Position numbers and translations under genes: made by a program. Below the pieces are notes generated by a model. That model saw only the letters and a list, made by a program, of their open reading frames with translations, was not told the DNA's origin and did no database searches. From a virus (lineage: Duplodnaviria > Caudoviricetes), in IMG/VR virus record IMGVR_UViG_3300037692_000257, positions 1-49,751 of that record: a stretch of 49,751 nt of DNA. One strand, given 5' to 3'. Below, in pieces: positions 1-9,288 of the stretch. Each line of letters starts with the position of its first letter. Position 1 is the stretch's first letter.

Positions 1-143
1 GCTGCGCCTGGACCTCGGGGACGGAGCGGAGTGCCACGGCGCTAGACCTTCTCGGCCGTGGCGTTGACCTGGGCGTAGCCGCGCGCGCGGAACGCCTCCT
101 CGGTCCACTCGGCGATCTCGTCGTTGGTCGGGACGTAGCTGCC
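1..143 (+). repeat. Terminal direct repeat / assembly overlap, copy 1
   Basis: 1-143 is identical to 49609-49751 except C119 vs T49727, indicating a circular or circularly permuted ~49,608-bp genome. Confidence 0.95.
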
Positions 144-275
144 CGGCTCCTCGCCCCGGATCGTGACCCGGATCTGGAGCGTCGCGAGGATCGGGCCTCG
201 CTTGGGCGTGGTCTCGACGCTGGCGGCCTGCTCCGCGGTCGGCGGCACGGCCTCGGCGATGTTCTCCTGGTCCAT
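42..275 (-). CDS. Hypothetical phage protein (77 aa)
   Basis: ORF with GAGGAG RBS, tightly packed in the minus-strand early operon. Confidence 0.7.
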   Translation of the reverse strand: MDQENIAEAVPPTAEQAASVETTPKRGPILATLQIRVTIRGEEPGSYVPTNDEIAEWTEEAFRARGYAQVNATAEKV

Positions 276-278
276 GTG

Positions 279-431
279 CTAGCTCCTCTTCGTGGCTGCA
301 GCCTTCTTGGCCGCCTGCTTGACGTCCCACACCTGGCTCCGCGAGATCCCGAACGCGTGGGCCAGCGCCCGCTCGCTCTCGCCGGCGTTGGCCCGGCGGA
401 CGATCTCGGCGTCCCGTGCCGCTCTGTTCAT
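279..431 (-). CDS. Small HTH DNA-binding protein (50 aa, MNRAARDAEIVRR...)
   Basis: AGGAGG RBS upstream of ATG at 431; SERALAHAFGISRSQVWDV is an HTH pattern. Confidence 0.75.
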   Translation of the reverse strand: MNRAARDAEIVRRANAGESERALAHAFGISRSQVWDVKQAAKKAAATKRS

Positions 432-447
432 TGCGTCCTCCTGTCGC

Positions 448-2688
448 CTACGCGACCAAACCGATCGAGTCGAGCGACTCGATGACGGGCTCGAGTTCGA
501 CGACGTCATCCGCGAAATCGGGGATGCCGTCCTGATGTGTGATGACCGCGACCCGTTCGAGGTCGCCGCGGTGGGCCAGCACGCGCAGCGCCTGGCCGAA
601 GGCGCGCCGGCTCTCGCTATCGAGGCCGTCCGGCTCATCGATCACGAGGGTGGCCACGCGCGCGCCCGATCGAGCGGCGCCCAGGCGGCTCAGCGCGACC
701 GCGATCGACATGGCGATCGAGGTGCCCTCGCCGCCGGACCAGCGCTGGCGCTCGCCGCGGCCGTCGCGGATCCAGATGTCGAGCGCCTCGATCGTGCCCG
801 AGCCGTCGGCCTTGGCCCGCGTCGCCCGCAGGTCAAGGGTCATGCCGGGGCGCAGCTGGCCGAGCAGCTCGTTGGCATGCTCGACGAGCTCGGGCAGGAC
901 GCTCTCGATGACCCGCGCCGGGATGCCCTTGACGCCGAACGCGGCGACCAGGCGGCGCAGAAGTGCCAGGTCGAGCTCGGCGCTGGCGAGCGACGACGTC
1001 AGCGTGTCGCGCTCGGCGATCAGCTGGTCGAGGCGCTCGACGCCGGCCTCCGCCTGGGCCAGCGCCCGCTCTGCCTGGCCGCGGCGCGTCTCGAGGGCAT
1101 CGATCTCAACTCGGACCCCGGCCAGGTCGCCCTCGAGGTTGCCGTGCTCGACGTGGAGCGCCCCCAGGCCGGCGATCCTCGCCCTGGCCGCAGCCAGCTG
1201 CTGGGCGAGCGCCTCGCCCGCAATGGTGATCCTGCCCAGCTCGGCCGTTGCATCGGCAGCCGTGGTCTTGGCCGTCTCGAGGGCGCCGCGCGCCGCGGCG
1301 ATCGCATCGGCTCGAGCAGCGGTGCGCTCGAGCTCGGCGAGCTGTCGGCGCGCCTCGATCAGGATCCCCGGATCCCAATCATGCTCGACCTGGCGCCGGC
1401 GCAGGCCCTCGAGGGCAGCCTTCTCGCGATCGATCGCCAGCGGCCGCTTCGGCTCGGCGGCCTCGAGCTCCTTGACGTAGGCCCGCCCATCGGCGAGCTG
1501 CTTGAGAGCCGTGTCCTGACCGATCGGCTGACCGCACGCCTGGCAGACGGACGTGCCAGCCCTGCCGTGCTCTTCGAGCTCGCCGACCTTCTTCTTGGCG
1601 TCCTTCCAGCGGACGCTCCACGACGCGTGCTCGAGCTCATAGGGCCGCTCGAGCTCGGCGATGGCATCGAGCTTGGCGCGGACCTGCGAGGCGAGCTCGG
1701 CGTCCAGCCGCTCGGCACGCTCGAGCCCCTCGGCCTCGAGGCGCATCGTCGAGACGTCCTCGACCGCACGCGCGACGTCGTCGGCCTGCGACAGGATCGC
1801 CCTGGCACCGTCCGCCGCGGCCGCGGCGTCGGTGATCGCCTTCTGCTCGCGCCGGTAGCGGTCGGCCAGGCTGGCACGCTCGGCCTCGAGGCGCGTGACG
1901 GCGGCCTCAGCCGCCTCGCCGGCGGCCAGCTCCACGGCGAGCTCGAGCAGGCGCGCGTTGATCGCGATCCGGCGATCGCCGGCGGACGCGATCGCCGTGG
2001 TGAGGTTGGCCAGGTTGGCGGCCGCTACGCCGCGGATCGCCTCCGAGTCGCCGAGCAGCTCGATCGCGTCGCTGGTGCGCTCGCGCGCCCCGCGGTCGGC
2101 GGCCGTCGTCGCCTCGAGGTCGCGCGCCTCCTCGCGTGCCCTCGCCTCGCCCAGGGCGAACGCGGGATCCACGACGAGCGTCGAGAGGATGGCGGCGCGC
2201 CCGGGCGCCTGCGGCGTGCCCTTGCCGGGCGTCGCGTCCATGAACCGCTTGGCGTCGCCCTGGGCCAGGATGACCGCCGTGCGGAACGTGTGCTGGTCCA
2301 TGCGCAGCAGGCGGGCGGCCTCCGCGCTGACCTCGCGCGCGCCGCTCGCGAGCGGCTTCCATGTCCCGTCGACGAGCTGCTCCTGGGCGTCCGCCGACGT
2401 CTTGCCGCCGGCCCGGATCGTGCGCCGCCGGACGAACCGGTAGCGGCGGCCATCGAGGGTGAGCTCGAGGGTCACGCTCATGTCGGTCGCGCCGATGCGC
2501 ACCAGCTGGTCTGGGCCCGAGCCGTCGGGCACATCGCCGAACAGCGCCCAGCATGGGCCGTCGACCAGGAGCGTCGACTTGCCGGCGCCGTTCGGCCCGA
2601 CGATGACGGACAGGCGGGCGTCGCGCGGTTCCCAGCTCTTCGCGGCGTGCGGACCAAGGTTGACAACGGAGATCAGGTCGATCCTCAT
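448..2688 (-). CDS. sbcC: SbcC/Rad50-like SMC ATPase
   Basis: Walker A GPNGAGKST, Q-loop LAQGD, long coiled coil with CQAC zinc hook, signature WSGGE, Walker B/D-loop LVIDEPDGLD, H-loop ITH. Confidence 0.93.
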   Translation of the reverse strand: MRIDLISVVNLGPHAAKSWEPRDARLSVIVGPNGAGKSTLLVDGPCWALFGDVPDGSGPDQLVRIGATDMSVTLELTLDGRRYRFVRRRTIRAGGKTSADAQEQLVDGTWKPLASGAREVSAEAARLLRMDQHTFRTAVILAQGDAKRFMDATPGKGTPQAPGRAAILSTLVVDPAFALGEARAREEARDLEATTAADRGARERTSDAIELLGDSEAIRGVAAANLANLTTAIASAGDRRIAINARLLELAVELAAGEAAEAAVTRLEAERASLADRYRREQKAITDAAAAADGARAILSQADDVARAVEDVSTMRLEAEGLERAERLDAELASQVRAKLDAIAELERPYELEHASWSVRWKDAKKKVGELEEHGRAGTSVCQACGQPIGQDTALKQLADGRAYVKELEAAEPKRPLAIDREKAALEGLRRRQVEHDWDPGILIEARRQLAELERTAARADAIAAARGALETAKTTAADATAELGRITIAGEALAQQLAAARARIAGLGALHVEHGNLEGDLAGVRVEIDALETRRGQAERALAQAEAGVERLDQLIAERDTLTSSLASAELDLALLRRLVAAFGVKGIPARVIESVLPELVEHANELLGQLRPGMTLDLRATRAKADGSGTIEALDIWIRDGRGERQRWSGGEGTSIAMSIAVALSRLGAARSGARVATLVIDEPDGLDSESRRAFGQALRVLAHRGDLERVAVITHQDGIPDFADDVVELEPVIESLDSIGLVA

Positions 2689-2891
2689 GCGCGCTTCCGC
2701 CATTGCGACGCGTCAGGGCACGAGGAAAAGTGGCTCTTGCCGTCGCGGTCGATCGGCGCTTTCTTGCCGGCCGGCGTGAAGCACCACAGGACCTCGGCGC
2801 CGCACGAGCGGCAGTGGCCCTCGTTGTCGGCGCGCCAGCCCAGCGGCACGGCCCAGATGGCGTCGCTGACGGGCTCCTGGTCGTCGAACAT
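2685..2891 (-). CDS. Small zinc-finger protein (68 aa)
   Basis: CRSCG...HFSSCP motif; overlapping start/stop coupling with neighbours. Confidence 0.75.
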   Translation of the reverse strand: MFDDQEPVSDAIWAVPLGWRADNEGHCRSCGAEVLWCFTPAGKKAPIDRDGKSHFSSCPDASQWRKRA

Positions 2892-3178
2892 CAGGCGCCA
2901 CCACCGAGCGGCAGGAGATCCTCATCCACCCAGGCGTGGTTCCCCTCGTGGGGCTCTCGATGGAAGAGCCCGACCGGTAGAGGTACGTCTGGCTCAACGC
3001 GGTCGATGTCGACGGGGACGACCGCCCACGAGCCCTCGAAATGGCAGCCGTCGCCATCGGCTGCGTGGTGTGCGTCGACCAGGCGCTGGCGCAACGCGTT
3101 GGCCTCGCCTCGATCGGTGAACCGAGCGACCACGAAGTAGCGATCGTCATCGTCGTGCCGGATCTCGTAGATCGTCAC
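2891..3178 (-). CDS. Hypothetical protein (95 aa, GTG start)
   Basis: GTGA overlap with the sbcD stop; fills the operon gap. Confidence 0.6.
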   Translation of the reverse strand: MTIYEIRHDDDDRYFVVARFTDRGEANALRQRLVDAHHAADGDGCHFEGSWAVVPVDIDRVEPDVPLPVGLFHREPHEGNHAWVDEDLLPLGGGA

Positions 3179-4380
3179 GACACCGCCTCGAGGATCCGCC
3201 GGCCATGCGCCACCAGCGCGTCGCGATCGGGGTCGCCTTCGAAATAGGCCTCGAGCAGCTGCTCGCGGGTCAGCGTCTCGGACAGCCCGCCGGCGGCCGC
3301 GACCGCCTCGGCCGGGCGGCGCCGGATCTCTTGTACGTCCCACGCGCCTGCGGCCGCGAGGTCACGTCTGATCTCGGTGGCATCGGCGTTTGGGTCGAGA
3401 TCGAGAACGCGGACGACCGCATCGTCAACATCCCAGGAAACCTCGCCGACCCGCACCAGGCGGCCGTCGATCCCGCCGAAGAACGGCGTTGAGCCAGCCG
3501 CGTCGATCGTCACGAACCGGCGCGCCGGCGTCTCGATGAACTCCATGGCAGCACGAGCCACGTTCGATCGCAGGGTGACCTCGCTGACGCGCGGCGGAAC
3601 GTCGACGATCAGGTACCCCTTCACCTGATCGGTCTCGCCGAAATCTGTCCGGTAGGGCGCGCCGGCATAGGCGATGAGCGGCTCCGTCGACAGGACCTGG
3701 TGTAGGTGGAAATGTCCGGCGAGGATCGCGTCATAGCCGATCGCGCCAAGCGCCCCTGTATCGACGACCAGGCTGTGGTCGCCCAGGAACACCCGTTGCC
3801 GCTCGCTCATGGTGCCCCCCGCGAGCGATTGGTGAATCGTCAGCACGGTCCGGCTGGCCAGCCCAGACGCTGCGACGTATAGGCCGCGGGCGACGGTCAG
3901 ATACTCTTCGGCGAGGACCGTGTAGACCTCGGCATCGGGCGTCTGCTCGAAGCCCGGCCGAGTCCGAAGCCAGGCTCCGTCGAGGTAAGGCAGGGCGACG
4001 ATCGCGACGTCGTCCACGACCGTCATGCCGGGGCGAGAGAAGCCCGACCAGCCGGGCCGATCAGCGGCCAGGACGTCGACGATCGAGCGTCCATGGCGCT
4101 CGGCGTCATGGTTGCCGCGGACGATGATCTTGGGGCCGTCGAACGTCGCGAGGGCCTCTCGGATCATGTCGATCCGCCAGGTCGCGATCTCGGGCGCCTT
4201 CCGCTCGGTCAGGTCGCCAGCGACGATCAGAACGTCGGCCTTCCGCTTCGTCGCATCGTTCGCGACCCAACGGACCATCTCGACTGTGTCGATCCAGCGC
4301 GCGTTGAGCCCAGTCGCGGCATCGCGCTTCGAGCCGAAGTCGTCGCAATGCGGATCCGCTATGACGGCGAGGCGGGTCAT
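3175..4380 (-). CDS. sbcD: SbcD/Mre11-like metallophosphoesterase nuclease
   Basis: Motifs ADPH, AGDL, GNHD, GHFH; near sbcC. Confidence 0.92.
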   Translation of the reverse strand: MTRLAVIADPHCDDFGSKRDAATGLNARWIDTVEMVRWVANDATKRKADVLIVAGDLTERKAPEIATWRIDMIREALATFDGPKIIVRGNHDAERHGRSIVDVLAADRPGWSGFSRPGMTVVDDVAIVALPYLDGAWLRTRPGFEQTPDAEVYTVLAEEYLTVARGLYVAASGLASRTVLTIHQSLAGGTMSERQRVFLGDHSLVVDTGALGAIGYDAILAGHFHLHQVLSTEPLIAYAGAPYRTDFGETDQVKGYLIVDVPPRVSEVTLRSNVARAAMEFIETPARRFVTIDAAGSTPFFGGIDGRLVRVGEVSWDVDDAVVRVLDLDPNADATEIRRDLAAAGAWDVQEIRRRPAEAVAAAGGLSETLTREQLLEAYFEGDPDRDALVAHGRRILEAVS

Positions 4381-5027
4381 CGCACGTGCATCCAGTTGGC
4401 GCCGACGCGAGCCCGCACGATCGTCGAACGGCTGACTCCCATGGCCCGCGCCAGGGCAGATACCGTTCCTCGGCTAAGCACGGCATCGCGGATCTCGCGG
4501 ACTTGTGATTCCGTCAGGCGGGCTGCCCCGTTGCGCTCGCCTCGAAGGCGGCTTTCGGGATGCGTGTATACCCCCGTCCAAAGACCGCGGGCAGTGCGGT
4601 TCCGCTCTTGACGGTCCTCAACATTCTGTTGCGCTGTCCCCAGAATCAGATGCGAGACCCGGCGAACACAGGGCGGGTTATCGCAGCGATGGCGAACCCA
4701 GACACCCTCCGGGATGGTCTCGCCTTCGAGTTGAAACACCACCCGATGGGCCTGATCGATACGCTTCTCACCACCAACCCAGATCTGACCGTAGCCACTC
4801 GGGAAGGTGCAGCCCGTCCAGACCCAGCAAGGTCCAAGTTCCGGAGCGTGGATGGGCACCGGGCCGTTCTTGTCGACCTTGGCCCAGAATCGATCGACGA
4901 GGCTGCCGCGTGATCGTCGACTGATCAGAGGGTCGCCATTGGATCGCCATCGCTGGTAGTGCTTCACGCACCAGCCACGGGCAATGAGAGGCGCGTCGCA
5001 GCCTTCGATCGCACACGTCTTGATCAT
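4377..5027 (-). CDS. HNH homing endonuclease
   Basis: N-terminal CAIEGC..CVKHY zinc finger, AHRV...HRCDNPPCV..HL..GT...N HNH core, C-terminal HTH; codon usage differs from neighbours. Confidence 0.88.
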   Translation of the reverse strand: MIKTCAIEGCDAPLIARGWCVKHYQRWRSNGDPLISRRSRGSLVDRFWAKVDKNGPVPIHAPELGPCWVWTGCTFPSGYGQIWVGGEKRIDQAHRVVFQLEGETIPEGVWVRHRCDNPPCVRRVSHLILGTAQQNVEDRQERNRTARGLWTGVYTHPESRLRGERNGAARLTESQVREIRDAVLSRGTVSALARAMGVSRSTIVRARVGANWMHVR

Positions 5028-5413
5028 CCGCGCGCCGCCTCCACGGCCTCGCCGGCGCCCGCCGGGTTGTCGAGCCCATAGGTCAGGCGTTCGTGGCGGA
5101 CCTCGGCCGAGTTAGCCTCCCGCAGCGCCGCCGGCATCGCCTCGCGGTCCTCGTGCGCGATCGCGGCGGTCGCCTGGTAGCAGTGCCCGTGGCTCGTGAA
5201 GCCCCGACATGTGCAGGCGAGCGTCCCGGCAGGGCGCAGGACCTCGTCGGTGTCGTGGTCCACGAGGTCGAACTGCGTCGGCTGGAGGACGTGGTAGTAG
5301 CTACCGTCACGCGACAGGCCGACGTACAGCCGGCGCGGCGCGTCCAGGACGACGAGCGTCTCGGGCGGAACCTCGATCGGGACGTGGACGATGCGGGTCA
5401 CGACGACGTTCAT
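5024..5413 (-). CDS. SWIM-like zinc-finger protein
   Basis: CTCRGFTSHGHC motif. Confidence 0.65.
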   Translation of the reverse strand: MNVVVTRIVHVPIEVPPETLVVLDAPRRLYVGLSRDGSYYHVLQPTQFDLVDHDTDEVLRPAGTLACTCRGFTSHGHCYQATAAIAHEDREAMPAALREANSAEVRHERLTYGLDNPAGAGEAVEAARG

Positions 5414-6510
5414 TCGAGGCCCGCCATCGCCCGCCAGTCCGCTTGGAAGGCCTCGGCCGTCTCATACGAGCGCGAGACGCCGATGATCGATTGCGCCTGG
5501 TTGGCGGTCATGTCGTCGAACGCGAGCCCGGGCCACAGCGCCTCGATGCCGGCGACGGTGGCCTTGCCGCCCAGCGGGGTGAAGATCGCGCGCAGGCTCT
5601 CGACCTGGGGCGGCTTGGCGCCGCCGTGCATCCCGCCCGAGGCCGCGGTGTCGCGGAGGCGGATGAGCAGCGACGGCGGCGCGTCGGCCGCCGGCTGGTC
5701 GGCTCGCAGGAACGTCGGCAGGTCATCGTCGCCGGCGCCGTTGCCCTGGTCCTGGTCGTCATCGTCGTTGTCGTTGTCGACGACCGGCGCACGATCGACC
5801 GCCGGCGTCTCGGCGCCTGGTCCGACCTGCTTGGGCGCCTCGGATGGCCCGAACAGCTGGGCGCTCGCCGGCGCGACCATGTCGAGGAACCGGGTGCGGA
5901 CCTCGGGGTGGGTCATGTCGGGGACGTAGCGCAGGATCGCGAACGGCTTGGCCAGTTCGCGCTGGGGGTAGGACGCGCGCAGCGAAAGGATCGAGCGGAT
6001 CGCCCGGTTGAGCGCCTTGCTCTCGGCGTTGGCCACCATGTGCTCGTGGGCCTTCGCGATCCAGGCGGGCGTCTTGCCCTTGACCATGTGCGGTCGCAGG
6101 TCGACCTGCTTGGTCCCGAAGCCGCGGATCGGGCGCCCGGACGGCTGGACCATCTCGATCTCGACCTGCCACTCGACGTAGTCGGGGTCCCGGCCGTCGT
6201 CGACGCGGCCGCTGCTGATGGTCGTGATCCCGGCGACCTGGGCCAGCAACCTCAGGGCGACCTTGGTGGGCCCGTAGTGGCCCTCCTTCATCTGCGGGTC
6301 GTGGTAAATGTGGCCGGCGTCCGGGTTCGTGTTGAGCTGGACCGCTTCGATGTCGGGGACCAGGTACGGGTTCACCTGGCGCAGGCTGACCGTCGGGACC
6401 AACACGTTGAACTTGTCCGCCGGGTACTGGCCGAGGATCTCGAGGGTCTTGGGCTCCCAGGAGTCGGTCGGGTCGATGACGGCGACGGCCGTCTGCGGGT
6501 TGGCTGCCAT
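5410..6510 (-). CDS. Putative single-strand annealing/recombination protein (366 aa)
   Basis: Helix HMVANAESKALNRAIR resembles SSAP cores; acidic linker; located upstream of sbcD/sbcC; AAGGAG RBS. Confidence 0.55.
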   Translation of the reverse strand: MAANPQTAVAVIDPTDSWEPKTLEILGQYPADKFNVLVPTVSLRQVNPYLVPDIEAVQLNTNPDAGHIYHDPQMKEGHYGPTKVALRLLAQVAGITTISSGRVDDGRDPDYVEWQVEIEMVQPSGRPIRGFGTKQVDLRPHMVKGKTPAWIAKAHEHMVANAESKALNRAIRSILSLRASYPQRELAKPFAILRYVPDMTHPEVRTRFLDMVAPASAQLFGPSEAPKQVGPGAETPAVDRAPVVDNDNDDDDQDQGNGAGDDDLPTFLRADQPAADAPPSLLIRLRDTAASGGMHGGAKPPQVESLRAIFTPLGGKATVAGIEALWPGLAFDDMTANQAQSIIGVSRSYETAEAFQADWRAMAGLE

Positions 6511-6581
6511 TCCACAGGCTCCTTCTGCTGTGTTGGCCGCCGGCGAGCTCCTCGTCCGCCGGCGGCCGTCGATGGCCCGGC

Positions 6582-7676
6582 CTACAGAAGGCCGAGGTTG
6601 GGAGTGCTCCGGTCGCCCGCGGAGATCGGGTCGGGTCGGACGTCCCGCTCAGCCGCGCGGAGCCTGTGAGCACGCGCGGCTGAGCTAGCCGTCGGAACCG
6701 GGGAGGGAGAGACGCCCCGCGCCGAGGGGGGGAGCTCGGCGCGGGGGCCCTGAGGTACAGAGACGCCGTCTGACGCCTCGGTCCGGATCGCCTCGTCTCG
6801 GCTACTCAGCGCAGAAGCGCCGGCCAAGTCGTGCGGTCCGGGCCGGGGAGCCAGACTCGGGAAGGTCAGCCCGTGCAGGCCATTCCGTGTGTAGAAGGCC
6901 TCGGCGGTGTCGCCCGGGCGGGGCTCACCGATGACGAAGCGGATCTCCGGAGTGGCCAGCCGCTCCGCGACCAGGTCGACGACGGGGCTCCAGACGAGCG
7001 GGATCACCGCCGGTCCATCCTCGCGCCGGTGGAACTCCGGGACCTTCCGGCGCAGGAGCTCGAGCAACGCCTCGCCAGCGGTCAGCGTGGCCTCGAACCG
7101 CGGGATGTACCGCGTGACCGGCTCGTGGATGACGCCCTTCAGCTGGTGCTCTCGGAGCTGCATCGGGGTGGGCGGGCGGCCGTGATCTTCGGTCCAGAGT
7201 TCGATCTCGTCGTGGCAAGCGCCGGCGTGGACGATCTCGAGGTTGGCCGGAGAGTCGGTCGAGTAGCGCCAGCCGCGGGGGACTAGGTGATGGGCCGAAG
7301 CACGCTCGCGGGCGACGTCGCCGCCACACCACACGCACCTGTGCGCTCGTCCGTCGTTCCAGATGATCCCGAGCAGGCGATCGCGCTCGGCGTCCGTCTC
7401 CGACGTATATCGCCTGTGCGATCGCTGGGGGACAGGATCGGGCGAAACGACCTCCACGGCACGCGGGCGTCCTCGTCCGCGCTTTACCGGGGTCGGAAGG
7501 GTTTTTCTGACCGCCTCGAGCCGCGCCTGTCGCTCGGCTCGGTCGCCGTTGCGATACCAGTCGGCCGTGCTCATGTCGCGGCCGCAGCCGGAGCACTTCG
7601 GGCCGGCCGCTTCCCACCGGCTGCAGCCCGGGCACACCTGCTCAAGGCGCGTCGTGTCCAGCTCGCGAGCGCTCAC
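6582..7676 (-). CDS. HNH endonuclease-domain protein with N-terminal zinc ribbon
   Basis: CPGC..CSGC; CVWCG...HHLVPRG...NLEIVHAGACH HNH-like motif; low-complexity C-terminus. Confidence 0.65.
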   Translation of the reverse strand: MSARELDTTRLEQVCPGCSRWEAAGPKCSGCGRDMSTADWYRNGDRAERQARLEAVRKTLPTPVKRGRGRPRAVEVVSPDPVPQRSHRRYTSETDAERDRLLGIIWNDGRAHRCVWCGGDVARERASAHHLVPRGWRYSTDSPANLEIVHAGACHDEIELWTEDHGRPPTPMQLREHQLKGVIHEPVTRYIPRFEATLTAGEALLELLRRKVPEFHRREDGPAVIPLVWSPVVDLVAERLATPEIRFVIGEPRPGDTAEAFYTRNGLHGLTFPSLAPRPGPHDLAGASALSSRDEAIRTEASDGVSVPQGPRAELPPSARGVSPSPVPTASSAARAHRLRAAERDVRPDPISAGDRSTPNLGLL

Positions 7677-7912
7677 GCCGCCACCGGATTGAGCAGGGTC
7701 GCCACCGTCGCGATCGCGAGCAGGAACGCCGCGGCACCCAGCACGATCGTCACGTTGCGCTCCCAGCGATCAACGGGTTGGCGCGGGTCGGGGACGGGCA
7801 GCTCGTGGGCCTGGCGGACCGGCGTCCACTCGCGGATCGCGTATTTGCGCTCGATACGGCGCGTCGCCTGACGCCGCTCGGCGAGGGCTCGGTCGTGCCC
7901 GAAGTCGCTCAT
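7673..7912 (-). CDS. Hypothetical membrane-anchored protein (79 aa)
   Basis: ATGA coupling; C-terminal hydrophobic helix. Confidence 0.65.
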   Translation of the reverse strand: MSDFGHDRALAERRQATRRIERKYAIREWTPVRQAHELPVPDPRQPVDRWERNVTIVLGAAAFLLAIATVATLLNPVAA

Positions 7913-8178
7913 GCGATCGCCACCAGCTCGGTGAGGCAGCCAGCGAAGCCGACGGTGGCCATCCAGGTCAGCGCCGTCCGCCGGCGATCGCCGAGCGCGG
8001 CCGCGCCGATGCCCAGGACGAGCCCGCCGGCGACCTTGATCCCGAGGATGGCGAGCGGACCGAAGGCGGCGATCAGGAGTGCCGCGGCGGGGTTGAGCTC
8101 GGTGCCGGTGCCGTGGACGAGCTGGTACGCGAGGCCATCGGCCAGCTGCGAGGCGAGGACCAGGAAGGGGAGCGTCAC
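7909..8178 (-). CDS. Small membrane protein (DUF5658-like)
   Basis: Three hydrophobic segments with a D...ELNP...K motif. Confidence 0.6.
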   Translation of the reverse strand: MTLPFLVLASQLADGLAYQLVHGTGTELNPAAALLIAAFGPLAILGIKVAGGLVLGIGAAALGDRRRTALTWMATVGFAGCLTELVAIA

Positions 8179-8351
8179 GCCGCCGCACCCTTCCCGGTCC
8201 ACGTCGTGAGGTCCTTCGGCGCAGCGAACCGCGGGGCGCGCCGCTTCGCGTCGGCCTCGATCAGCAGCTCGACTTCACGCTGACAGCGCCGGCACCGCGT
8301 CTGGCGCAGGTAGTACAGGGTGAAAGACTCGCCGCAGCGGGGGCACCTCAC
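8175..8351 (-). CDS. Zinc-ribbon microprotein (58 aa, MRCPRCGESF...CRRC), below ORF-track cutoff
   Basis: Manual translation; GTGA overlaps at both ends; two CxxC motifs. Confidence 0.7.
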   Translation of the reverse strand: MRCPRCGESFTLYYLRQTRCRRCQREVELLIEADAKRRAPRFAAPKDLTTWTGKGAAA

Positions 8352-8602
8352 GCCGCGTTCCTCCGTGTCAGTGAGGCGGCCAGCGCGTCAAGCCGCCCGG
8401 CGACATGCATCGCGACGTCAGGGCGGTCGGCCCGGATCGCCAGGTCGATCCGCCGCGAGAGCGCCTCGATCTCGTCGGCGAGGTCCGATCGCTCGGCAGC
8501 GACGGCCGCCAGCTCGTCCTCGAGGTCGCGCAGGCGCTCGATCGCGACGGGCTGGCGGCCCTTCCCGGCGGTGCGTGGGATGGACAGGACGGGCGCGCTC
8601 AC
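8348..8602 (-). CDS. Hypothetical coiled-coil protein (84 aa)
   Basis: GTG start overlapping the cro stop; heptad pattern. Confidence 0.65.
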   Translation of the reverse strand: MSAPVLSIPRTAGKGRQPVAIERLRDLEDELAAVAAERSDLADEIEALSRRIDLAIRADRPDVAMHVAGRLDALAASLTRRNAA

Positions 8603-8829
8603 GAGGCGATGTCCTGGACGGACTCGACGACCGGGAAGAGCAGATCTGCCGGCACGCCGAGCGCCTCGGCCGCCATTGCCTTGAACTCGGCGGTGATGGG
8701 GCGCTCGCCCTTGAGCATCCGCCACGCATAGCTGACCGACACGTCCGTCTGCCGCGCCAGCCATGCCACCGATCGGCCCTGCTTGTCGAGGACTCGCTCG
8801 ACGGGGGTCAGTTCGTCCGGAGAAGCCAC
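8599..8829 (-). CDS. Cro-like XRE-family HTH regulator
   Basis: SVAWLARQTDVSVSYAWRMLKGER HTH; divergent from the repressor. Confidence 0.85.
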   Translation of the reverse strand: MASPDELTPVERVLDKQGRSVAWLARQTDVSVSYAWRMLKGERPITAEFKAMAAEALGVPADLLFPVVESVQDIAS

Positions 8830-8895
8830 GCTTGCCTCATCGCGCCTACGCTCGCGGTACCAATGTCAGCGGTAGCGGCACGTAGTTCGATGCAG

Positions 8896-8924
8896 ACGGT
8901 ACCCCCAGTGCTGACCCTTGTCAA
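8896..8924 (-). promoter_or_regulatory. Early lytic promoter (sigma70-type)
   Basis: Minus strand TTGACA-N17-TACCGT upstream of cro. Confidence 0.75.
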
Positions 8925-8937
8925 TAGCCTTGTGCCA

Positions 8938-9288
8938 ATGACAACGCGCGGGGACCGACTGAGGGCCTATCTGCTCGCGAAGACCGGAGGACGCCCCGGC
9001 TGGCAGGGGGCGCTCGTCGAGAAGACTGGCGTGAAGCGTCAGACGATCTCGAAGTACACGAGCCCCAAGTTCGACCGGTACCCCGATCTGGGGACGTTGG
9101 CTACGCTGGCCGCCGGCGTCGGCGTCGAGCCGTTTGAGATCGTGGCGGCGATGGACGGGGAGACGGCCCTATCGCTGTCGAATCCGCAGACTCGCCAGTT
9201 GCTCGTTCTCCTGATGGACGAATGGGCGGCCTCGCGAGGTATCCCAACGTCTCGTCAAGGGCCTCGAACAACAGACGGCGCAACATGA
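8938..9288 (+). CDS. CI-like immunity repressor (XRE HTH, 116 aa)
   Basis: QGALVEKTGVKRQTISKY...PDLGTLATLA HTH; divergent from cro; ATG at 8938. Confidence 0.8.
   Translation: MTTRGDRLRAYLLAKTGGRPGWQGALVEKTGVKRQTISKYTSPKFDRYPDLGTLATLAAGVGVEPFEIVAAMDGETALSLSNPQTRQLLVLLMDEWAASRGIPTSRQGPRTTDGAT

Noticed and set aside
292-3120. 942-aa plus-strand ORF and similar long antisense ORFs (10548-12737, 12855-15875, 36610-38574)
   Set aside because: Shadow frames of motif-bearing minus-strand genes, expected in high-GC DNA; no RBS or recognisable motifs
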